DNA from: Gonapodya sp. JEL0774
Taxonomy: Eukaryota
Length of the DNA stretch: 64,000 nt
Assembly: GCA_027604505.1 (NCBI GenBank)
Contig: JADIIX010000002.1
Location: forward strand, 248,001 to 312,000
Direction of reading: 5' to 3'
Each line of letters starts with the position of its first letter. The stretch's first letter is position 1. A program made the translations under genes and the position numbers. Positions 53,891 to 64,000 of this stretch are shown here, piece after piece. The notes under the pieces are model-generated. The model saw only the letters and a program-made list of their open reading frames with translations, was not told the DNA's origin and did no database searches.

Positions 53891-56800
53891 ATGGCGAAGA
53901 AGCGGGTGAAGAGGGCTACTAATAATAAAAAGGAGGAAGGCGAGAAAAATGAAACGGAAGAAGTCGCTATGGAAGTAGAGAAAGAAATCGAAGACCTTGG
54001 CAGGCGTGAAGGTGAGTTGATCAACGGGAACGATTCTGGCGCAATTCCCCTGTAGCTCTCTTGAGAAGTGATTTCCTCCTTTTCATCTTTTGGACGATCT
54101 CGGTCTACATCTTCGCCCACGGCTCTTTGACGTTGAAATCGCCTGAGAGACCATCAAGACCCAAGAAAGAAAAAATGCCCCCATCTGAGAGGCGGAATCA
54201 GGCTTACTCGACTACAGAAGTTGTTGCCAGGGCAGGTCAAGGGGAAGACTACTCTGGGCTGCCAGGTGAAGAAAGGTGGTGGCTTTGTGAAAGTTATGTG
54301 AAGATGTGAACCTCTCACCCCATCTGTTGCCATTCTTGAATATCTTCTACATGCATCACTCATTTTTCAACTCAGATCTGCCGAAGCTCCAAACCTGCCT
54401 CCACAACAACTCCATCCCCTATCGATACACCAAAGCACCTGTGGCTTTGTCTCTACTGCGGACTTATTCACTGCGGTAAATTGGACCGTAGTCACGCAGC
54501 CGCACACAGGGAAAGAGACGGTCACGATATTGCCATCAACATCAACGATTCTGGAGAGTGCTTCTGCTATGTGAGTTGAACGCAAGTCACTGTGCAAAGC
54601 GGTCGCAAGTTGAAGACACCGAGGATCAGAGGCCAGGATGGCACCATGGTATCCGTAGAGGAGCACACGCATGGACGAAATTTCAGCTCAAAGAACAAGG
54701 AGTGAGAAAGAAACCCTGTCTTCAACCAGACTGATGTCGCATGCGCCTCCACCAGGCCTGCGATGAAACTCTCGAAGCCACCATGTCTCATAACCAGATT
54801 GTTCTGGACTGCCGAGCCATGGTGAATGACGTGCTCACACCGAAGAGGCTTGGTCAAGGTGGGATTGCAACGCTTGTTGTACCTGGTGTTTCTTGTTGAC
54901 ATTCATCTGAGTCTACAGCCGCCAATTTCAAAGTGCCTCTATCCACTACCGGATCTCGCAGTTCCCATTCGAGCTCCAATTCCGCCTCTACCCCGCTCCC
55001 CGTCGTTGTTTCCTCCAAATCATTTCCATCTCCGCCTGGCCTCCGCAACCTCGGCAATACCTGCTTTTTCAACTCGATTCTGCAAAATCTCGCATATACC
55101 CGCCCATTTGTGGACCGTTTAAAGGCATACACAGATAGCGATCCTATCGTAGCATCTTCGCTGCCTCCTCTTAGCCCGCCAGGGCCTCTCACATCTGCAC
55201 TGCGTACGGTCCTCCTTTCGCTCTCCCAACCCTCAACCCAAAACATCCCCCTCACCAGCACTCAGCTCCCAACCCGCCGTACAGTGGACCCAACGACACT
55301 CCTGCGCGCTCTAGCCGCCCGCCACAAAGAATATCGGGCACTTCGCCAGCAAGATGCGCACGAAGCACTACGGAGATTACTGGACGCCTCAAGCGAGGAA
55401 GAAAAGAAGGCCCGAAGGGCTGTGGAGGCCCTGGCTGTGCATGAGGGTGGAGGACCTGAGGCAGGTGTGGACCTGACTGTCTCCAAGACACCCATTCAGT
55501 CGGCCGTAGATAGTGTTTTTGGTGTAGGAGTGGTGTCGGTTGTGGTGTGCGATGTGTGCAAGACTGTGAGTAGATATGTCAACATCTACCTTCAGCATGA
55601 AATGATCCGAGGGGCGGTGACACCTTCGAACACCCACTCTCTGGTGGCTTACTTTGCCGGAACTTTTTATCGTCACAATAGATCTCTTCTACGAGCTCAG
55701 CGGAGCTCGATATATTCCTGCCGATTGTCAAACGGAACGGTGAGATGGTGGGCTTAAAACCCGGAGCGCTTGAGGTGAGTTGTCTTGGGAGGCTGAATGG
55801 AGCTGGCGAGCGACTGATCAGACTGAACAAACGATTCTTGGATTCTGTCATGATAGAATCCCTGGAACAAGAAACGACGAAAGGTATTTGGTTGCTTCAA
55901 CGACCAGTGCAACGCGAAGACTCAAATAATCAACTCGGGATGGCAACTATCAGGCTGCCGAACACTCTCGTGAAGGGTTACACCCAGATTCCAACGCCGC
56001 AGGTTCTTCATTTTCAGGATGTGGAATCGATGTGTCCTGCGTATCCCCCGAAGCCGCCGCCGATGAAATGTACGGCGCCTATTCGCACTATGCTCCAATC
56101 AATCTTCCCCCGCGTGCACCTCAACAACATCCGCCACCCGTTGAAAACTCCCGCAACGTTGCCCCACCTGATCCTGCCCACCTGCGTCGTGTAGCTTTGC
56201 TCACCCGCGTGGTTTCATGCCGGTCGTCCAGCAACCCGGCCATCCAACCAGCCAATCTCGAGGATGTCAGTCTCTCTGGTTGCTTGGAGAGGTTTTTGGC
56301 AACGGAGAGGCTGGAAGGAAGCGATGGGTACGCTTGTGAGGCTTGTTGGAAGGCTCAATATCCCGAGTGGCAGAAGGAGGAGGATGGACCTGTGCGGGGA
56401 GTGCCGAATGGAAAGATCCTTGATGCTGCACCCGAATCAATCTCTAGAGACAGTGATGTGGAGAAAACCGGAACGTGGGCTGCTCCAACATCGAAGAAAC
56501 CCCCACCGATTCTCCGCTCTGCCACAAAGCGGCTTCTGTTGCTCGATCCCGCCCCAGAGGTTCTGGTCGTAGGTCTTAAGAGGTTCCAAACGTTATGGAC
56601 AGGTCGGACATCGAAAATCCAGGAGTGGGTAGAGTTTCCTGAGAGGTTGGATTTGGAGGGATGTTTTGTCGCGGAAGCGGAGTTGGCTGGAAGTGCTGCT
56701 ACTAGGGACGTGATGGGGGCGAAAGTTGGAGCCGGAGCACAAATGGGCCCAAAGAAGGCGAACGCCACTGCATTGAAGGTGAGCGGTATGGTGAATGGTG

Positions 56801-57273
56801 TTCATCCATTTCCAGACAGTGACGGGGAAAGTGACACGCAAGAAGCTCCTCCGGCGGCGGAGACAAGGGCGCACGTTGTGGCGTCAACAGAGGATGAGAC
56901 TAAGGAGACTAAACGCATCGTGCAAACTGAAATCGGACTTGCCTCTCCCTCCAAGAAGAAACGGAAGAAGAAAAAGAAGACTGGTGTAACACAGCCCAAG
57001 CCGGTGTATCGGCTGTATGGCGTGGTGGTTCACTCGGGGTCCACACTTGGATTGGGCCACTACGTTGCGTATGTGCGGGCTCGGCTGCCTCATGAACCCA
57101 AGGAGCAGTTTGGGACCGAAAAGGCCAACGTTACTTCTGCCGGGGAGGAGGAGGAGAAGGGGGTGGAGGAGAGATGGGGTTGGATATACGCGTCAGACCA
57201 TATGACAAGAGAGAGCTCTTGGGAGGAGGTGAGGATGGCGCAGGCGTTTTTGCTTTTCTATGAGAGGGAATGA
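53891..57273 (+). CDS. Ubiquitin-specific protease with N-terminal ZnF-UBP, USP16/USP45-like
   Basis: ZnF-UBP KCPHL...LWLCLYCGLIHCG...HAAAH...H...CFCY|ACDE. Cys box GLRNLGNTCFFNSILQNL, QQDAHE, LKRF, His box YRLYGVVVHSG...GHYVAYV, WIYASD, AFLLFYER. Confidence 0.88.
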
Positions 57274-57713
57274 TGGTTGTGGTCGTTAAGCACGTTTCCT
57301 GTGTACGAATATCGTAAAAGTTGAACTAACTGAGGACTCAATCTACTACACAATGATCAAAGAGATTTTTTTGAAGTTATTGCTAGATTTATCCATTTGT
57401 TCCATTCGTTTGCAGCACTGGGGGTTCGGCATACCTTTGTTACTCCATTCAACACAAAACGAGCAAATTCCTTTAGGCTTGTGGACTTTCCATTCCTGTC
57501 GCAATTTCTCATCGATATAATAAATCTTATATATAATGTTCTCGGGGCACCACATTCTTGGATTGGATCTTCAGCCAGCAAACGAAGCCTTGCTGGTATT
57601 TTTGAGGACAATGGGACTCGCCGTCTGCTGATAATTTTCAGACGTTTAGACTATATTAACAATTACGTGAGGCAGAAGAAATACAATGTAATCGTGAATA
57701 TTCACATTTATGC

Positions 57714-60700
57714 TCAAGCGTCAACCACATCGGCCGGAGCAGTCGAAATGTCCCCAAAACCTGCCCCTCCCTCATACACAGCCACGTCGATGTCGTCACT
57801 AAACTCATCCTCATCATCCTCATCACCAGTATAGTCTGAATCATCTGTCTCGTCGTCCACAACCACGTCGTCCTCGCTCCCCAAAATCGTACTGCTGTCG
57901 TCGTCGTCGTACTCGGCTCTTTCGGCTGCTTTGCGAGCTTCATACTCGCGGAAGTTGAAATTCTCGTCCACCACACAAAATGGGTGATCTAGCAATTCAC
58001 TCGCAGTTGGTCGCGATTCGGGATCCCTACCAGTCAACAATAGGTTGAGTCATTATGTGGAAATGTTGTTGCAATTTCCTCCAACTCACGAGAAGCATTT
58101 CTTCAAGAAGTCTTTAGCTTCAGGAGACAGACTGTCCGGAATCGGTGGCTGTGCATTCGGTTGGCCAAGCTGGGAATTCAAACTCAACCGATGAGGACCT
58201 GGAACCCTGAAACATTCTATGCACGCAGTTTTCACTCACTTTGTACAGCACCGTTACCTCTGAAATTTCGTCGTGCCGTTGTCGCCAAGGGTGGTGGCCA
58301 GTGAACATTTCAACTGTCAGAGCTCCCAAACTCCATATGTCGACTTTGGCGCTGTATCCTTTCCCTTTAATGACTTCTGGCGCCATCCTAATTGGGTTTT
58401 TGTCCCACGAAACACAAGTATCGTCTTATAAACTGTGGTTTTGCACGATCGTGAAAAGCGAGAGCAACCAACCAAAATACGGATCCTTGAAGAGACATGC
58501 GTGAGTTGTACTTGTACGCCTCCATATCTGCCATCCGAACGGAGTGATTAGCCCACAAGCATTGATGCGAGGATGACCAGGAGCAATATTGGGAAGATTC
58601 CATGATTCACCAACCATTCTTCTTCGAAATGCCGAAGTCGGATATCTTTGCAAACCCATCCTCGTCTACCAAGACTGCAAATCGCGCGTACGCGTTATGA
58701 GCCCGAAACATCATAGGCAGCAACACCGTCTTTCAACCCACTGTTAGCACCTTTGATATCCCGATGAATGATGCCGCGAGTGTGCAGATACTCTAACCCA
58801 CAGAGAATCTGCGCGACAAAGCTTCGAACCAGAGCTTCCTCGAATTTGCCTATTTTGGATAGCATTGAAGATATGGAGCCACCAGAAACATACTCCAGGA
58901 ATACGTTGAGTGTTGTGTCGGTGCCTTCGCAGCCTGGTGAATCACATCAAATTTGTCATATAGGTTATGGATACCCATGGGACAGTGCTCCACTAAACAT
59001 CAGCTCACCAAGATACCGAACAATGTTCTGATGATCTAGCTCAGACAAAAACCGTATCTCGTTGATGAGCGCGGATATCTGAGGACGCTCAAACTGCAAG
59101 TTAGGTGTTATCTTTGGAGGGCAAGAACGCACGTACTGACGAGTTTCTGTCGTTTCGACGTTAGGGCTTCAGCCTGGTTACCTAGGCTCCGTGGAGGTAT
59201 CAACTCCACCTGCTTCACGGCAACCAATCCCCATTGTCTCGTGATGCCCAGATAGACAGATCCGAAGCTTCCTTTCCCAATTAAGACACCCCGCTCCCAC
59301 TTAACGTGATGAAGACTGCTCTCAATGCCTGCTAGGTAGTTCGGTTGTGGTGGCTGCAGCTTTATCGATCCCAATTCAGCTGTGGCGGGAGCGTCACGAT
59401 CTTCAACCGCCGGTTCGGCAGCACCAAGTCGAATGACTGTTCCGCTTGCTGGAATAAGTAAAGTTGGACGCTGATTTTCCTTACTGATTGGTGGAATTGT
59501 AGTGCGCTCGGCATCGCCGCCCGCCAAATCGGAGTGCTGTTCCTGTGCGGAAACTGTGACGGTCACACCGTCGGCCACCCCAATCCCATCTTTGTCTAGA
59601 GTGACTCCACCTGACTCAGACTTCTGTTGGTCCAACGTAGATCTCTCCGTGCCAGATATTGAAGATGATGAGCGAGCGCTCGTGTGACTGATCCCGCTCA
59701 CAACACTGGCCGCATCAGAATTATCCAGAGAAGCAACTTGCAAATCTAGTTCCTGTGGAATTCCTGACAGACCGTCCTTTGCTGATGGGTCCCTGACGCG
59801 AAGAGAGTTGGTGTCTGGCTCGGGCGGGCCCTCTTGAATTGCATTCAAAGGAGTTGGCGAGCTCAATCGAAGTGAGGACGTAACGTCATCTTCCGAATAG
59901 TGACGATCCAGTGAGGGAAACTTCTGATCCGCTACATGTGGTTGTTGTGGGGGTCCTTGCGCATACCTTCCCTGTCTTTGAAGACTTGTACGTCTCGAAA
60001 TAACCTCTTGCAAAGGTAGTGGCTTCTTCTCACGCCTTCTAGTGATATTGTCAATCACGTATGTGCGTAGAGTTGTGTGCCGTCCAAACTGGGAGCTGCT
60101 CTGATCAGCCGAGTCAGATACCGGGCGTTGAGGCTCCGGCGGAGTGGATTGAGCCGCTGGTTCATGCACAGGGCTCGACTTACGCCGCACAACCGTTGTC
60201 TCGCCCTGAGACACGCCAAGTTCGGGAGTAGTAATTGGGAAAGGCGCAGTCGTTGTCTGAAGCTCCTCGGCACCTGTTGCTATACCGGTTACACTCGGCA
60301 TGTCGTCTGCAGGCTTGTCAACATCTACGCCAGGGAAATACAATGGCAGATTATCTGCAATGAGATCACTGTTTGGACGGTCATTGAAAAGTTGTCGCGA
60401 TCGTCGTGTGGTGCGTGACCTGTCCAAGCTTGCGGTCCCGGGATACTGCTCCGCCCCGAACGACGCTCCACGCTGAAACGAAGGATACCGAGACGCTGTT
60501 GCGGAAGCATTCTTCTGGCTGCCGGAGCGATCCACCGGATATCCGCGATCATCATAGCCTTCCACTCTTGCTGCCCACTGACTGGAATAATCAGGGTTGT
60601 TGATGTCATTTGTTGGAACGCTTCCTTTGCGTGACCCAGTAGCACTCTGGTATAATACATTCGAGCTTACTGTGGTGAGACTGGGCGTCGTCTTCCGTGC

Positions 60701-62588
60701 GAGAGTCTGTTGAAGGGAGTTGGGACCCGCTCGGTTCTCCAGCGATTCTACCCTTTCCAAAAGCGATTCGCGAAGATTCTTAAGACTTTTTGCCGGCCTT
60801 ACAGCACCGTCTGCCGCCTTTGCGCGTCCTTTGCCCTTGGTGGTCGTCTTCCCACTCCTTCCTCCGTTAGAGTTTCGATTCCGATCACGGATGAGTAGTT
60901 GCAGACTATTGTAGTCCGGTGGATTATCTATTCGCGCAAGCACAAGGGAAGCACGAGCAGGGTGCGAAGGGTCTGAGCAGATGTCAAGAAGCTCGGCATC
61001 GGAGAGGAGGTGCGCTGTCGACGTGATGTTGCTCCGTTACAAAGACTAGTCAACAAACGTAGACACTAGCGAGAATAACCCACCAAACTTCCGTTCACCG
61101 TCAGGTATCCAAAGCCCGAAAGAATTTCGCTGTGATGGGTCTACGTTGCACTTTGCACTGATGCGATCGCGGATGTATGATATGTCCCTTAGGTCATCAA
61201 CCCGGATGTAGTGGGACTCCATTAGAGCTTCTGCATCTGTTGCGTATACTCGAATGCATTTCTTCAAAGTATTTCGTGTAAGTGAGTGATTCCAGAGTAG
61301 TCTGGAATTAGGGACCACAAACTCACGGACAAAATTTCCGGTCCTGCCTTTGGTGGAGCACGGTTGGAGCCATTTGCCGTGGTACGCTTTGTTAGACCTT
61401 CAGTCTTCTTCATAAAACCCCCGATGAAATCGCTCTGAGATCCCATCTTTGTCAAAGACGGTTCCTGTGGATCCTTCGAGCACAAATATGCCTTCAGCCA
61501 CCCCACCTTACGCCACGTTAGAGTCTTTTCAGAAACAGATTTACCTTGAGTGCAACATATCGTGATGTCCTCCCAAGAGTAGGGTCCATCTCCTGCATCT
61601 GTGTCAAGTCCTGGCTGACTCTTCCAGGTGCATGATTCATGGCTCGAATCGAGCTCGACCTCGGTGTGATGATAGGAGGTAGCTGTACACCGTCATTTAC
61701 TCGCCGTCCTCGCAGTGATGTAACTCGGGTGGGAAGGGTCACCACCGCCTGCACGCTGCCACCGTTACCCGAAGCACGAGTTGACGCATACTCCCAACCA
61801 CCAGAAGCGTAAGCCGTTACCGTAGAAGACGCAACGCTTGAGCGGTCTGAAAACTGTCGCATGGTGTCACTCGAATCCGTCGATCCGTCCCGCTGCGATG
61901 AGCCTGTTGCGCTCGCCGCAATATTGGCACGAGGAGAGCTTAGCCGTGCTCCTTTGGAGCTCGATCGCAATGGCCGAGGTGCTCGTGGGGACCGTGGCGA
62001 TTGCGGGGCGGCAAGGGACCGTTGCACCAAACTACTATCCCTTTCCCGTGGGTTAATGTCGGTGTCACGCTCCGCAGAGTAGGTTGCAAGGGATTCACCA
62101 AGACTCGCCGTTCTTGGACCAGCTACAACATGCGGAAAAAGGAAACCTTCGGCGCTTCGTGGTCCCTCTCCGTCGGATGGTGTTGCGGACGGTGGTCCGC
62201 TGGGTTTGAGAGATGTGACTTTCAACTTTTTGATAGCGTTTATGATCCTCGCTCTATCCCCAACAGTGTGGATGTTCATTTGTTTGAGAGAATCGTAGCC
62301 GAGATCCAGTAAGATGATTCCTGTGATGTTGTTCACTGGTGAAACCAAGCACAATTGGTCCACAGCGATCGGAGAGCGACGTGAGCCAACGCAGTTTCGA
62401 TGATTGGACAGGTTGAGTCAAAAAATGGATGCAAATTGTCATGGTCCCATGCTTTACTCACTGATGAAAGCCTGCTTCCACTTCCCCAGTCCGTGCTCCT
62501 CCAGCCAGGAGCCAACCTCCGTCTCCCCCCATTGCTGGATGCCTGCAAGATCGTTTATCACGAATCCCGGAATGTCTCGAACAGTCAT
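57714..62588 (-). CDS. MAP kinase kinase kinase, Bck1/Mkh1-like kinase domain with an N-terminal SAM domain
   Basis: SAM domain [33 protein letters not shown]...GDRARI. Kinase motifs [54 protein letters not shown]. Acidic tail. Confidence 0.9.
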
Positions 62589-62720
62589 GGCGGGGCCAGG
62601 AGTGATCTGGCTCCACACACCGCATACAATTGGCCTCCAACGAACAACAGATACCTAATGTATCATCACGAATTTCTAGACTTTACAAATCTCGACGCTT
62701 GGTTTAGTCAAACTAATTAC

Positions 62721-64000
62721 TCATTGCTTTTGCTTTTCGCGCAATTCTTCGATCTGCGATGGAGAAGTTGAGTAAGATTGTAGGACGTACATTTTTTCAG
62801 AGAAGCGACCTTCAGCAAACCTGTCGTTTCACCGCATTGTTTCGCTCGGTGATACTCAAGTATAAGGGTGACACAATTCTATCCAAAATCTCAATCATAT
62901 TGGTCGCATAGACTGAACTCGCGTAGAGGGCGTTCACCCTCTCAGCAGGATTTTGCATGTCGAGTACCAGAGCGTGGGAGGATGAAGCAGAATTGGACCG
63001 AAAACTCGAGCCTGATACCGACCACGTGCGTCCAGATATGGGCCGAGATTCGCGCTGGCTATCGGATTGCTTTCCGGTGGCTCGCTCGAAGTTACTCTGC
63101 TCATCATCGACAAACATACGTGGTAGAATAACCAGCTGTTCGAAAGAGTGTTGAGACATGCGCCAGTCCGGTAGGATGGTGGTGGGAACTTCGACCAGCC
63201 TGTGACCACAAAAGAGGTCAAGGATTTGGGTTCATTGAACGGGAACTATGACTCACGAAGGTGCGCCAACCTCATTCGGCGCCGATTGGAAGCTGATAAG
63301 TTGAATGCGATTGGATAGCTGCATGGGGCCGCACCATTCGTGGTCTGCGTGTGTGTGTATTGAAAGCTGCTGACAACGAAATCAACTTGCATCTGTGTCA
63401 CTGTTGAAACAAGAAATAATCAACCCAATCCATCGAGGATCCAATTGTTGCTGTCGTGGGGAGCGTCAGTTCGCTCACAACAGGAGGAGCTCGCATTACC
63501 TTAATCACCATGTTTAGTTGCGTTCGAAGGTCTGTGAACAAATAAAGGCAACCTTTCTCAGTTTGACAAGTGCTCCTCAGAACCATTTCGAAGTTCTACC
63601 TACCAACACTGGATGGCATCACAATAAGCCGGGGATGGGAATGTAACCAGCTGTCCCACAGAGCTCAGAGTGCGAGATTGTGAAGTAAAAATTACGCATG
63701 AGAACTTGCCCTACGACACGCATATTCAGCTTCTCTGCCTCTCCGATTGCGTTGGACAGAGTTTCCGGTGAAATCTCTACACGGTCCTTCCGTTTGTCAA
63801 GGCGTTTCACGATCGTTACAGCCTCAATGCGCACAATAGAGTCATTTGGATTCGATGGATCGTCTTCCCAGTTGCCGTAGAGAAGCGACATGACCTAGTT
63901 TCGGGTCAGAAACCTCACCCAATCTTTGAATTTATCGACCTGGACAAACCATACCTCTTCACGTTCTGTAGAAAGGGCATAGACCATATTAAAGTACACC
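62721..64000 (-). CDS. BRCC3: JAMM/MPN+ K63 deubiquitinase BRCC36 (BRCC3) homolog; 5' end outside the window
   Basis: STEREE|VMSLLYG, RLDKRKDRVEISPE, MRVVG|WLHSHPRLIVMPSSV|DLRTQ, LDPRWIGLIISCF, RIQLISFQS. C-terminal helical region LPRMFVDDEQ...YASSVYATNM...IVSPL. Confidence 0.88.

Noticed and set aside
62812..63159. ORF as a first exon of the MAPKKK
   Set aside because: It matches the BRCC36 C-terminal helical region and splices to a stop at 62721; the kinase starts at 62588.

Overview
Gene-dense, intron-rich eukaryotic DNA of roughly 50% GC, with mostly 50-90 nt GT-AG introns and CTRAY-type branch points. Gene content points to an early-diverging fungus (chytrid or monoblepharid-like; inference). 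I can support 19 protein-coding genes: TPR/Mlp1 (partial), DDX41, a YheT-like alpha/beta hydrolase, mitochondrial DNA polymerase gamma, a C8orf82/UPF0598 homolog, a conserved hypothetical protein, a G-patch protein, an RRM protein, a long BRCA2 homolog, ERF4/GOLGA7, TMEM184, RPB2, the capping guanylyltransferase CEG1, PRP39, ALG12, a CACUL1-like protein, USP16/45, a Bck1-like MAPKKK with a SAM domain, and BRCC36 (partial). The most notable unexplained structures are four. (1) A ~1.37 kb non-canonical Helitron-like element with 13-bp asymmetric inverted repeats and a hairpin at each end, just upstream of the USP gene. (2) A 715-nt PRP39 intron holding a candidate stop-containing poison exon. 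(3) BRCA2 BRC repeats that carry full CDK consensus sites next to the FxxA motif. (4) A diverged tandem duplication of the POLG C-terminal coding segment that could be reached in frame by alternative splicing. Exon boundaries were inferred by eye, and family calls rest on recalled motifs rather than database searches.
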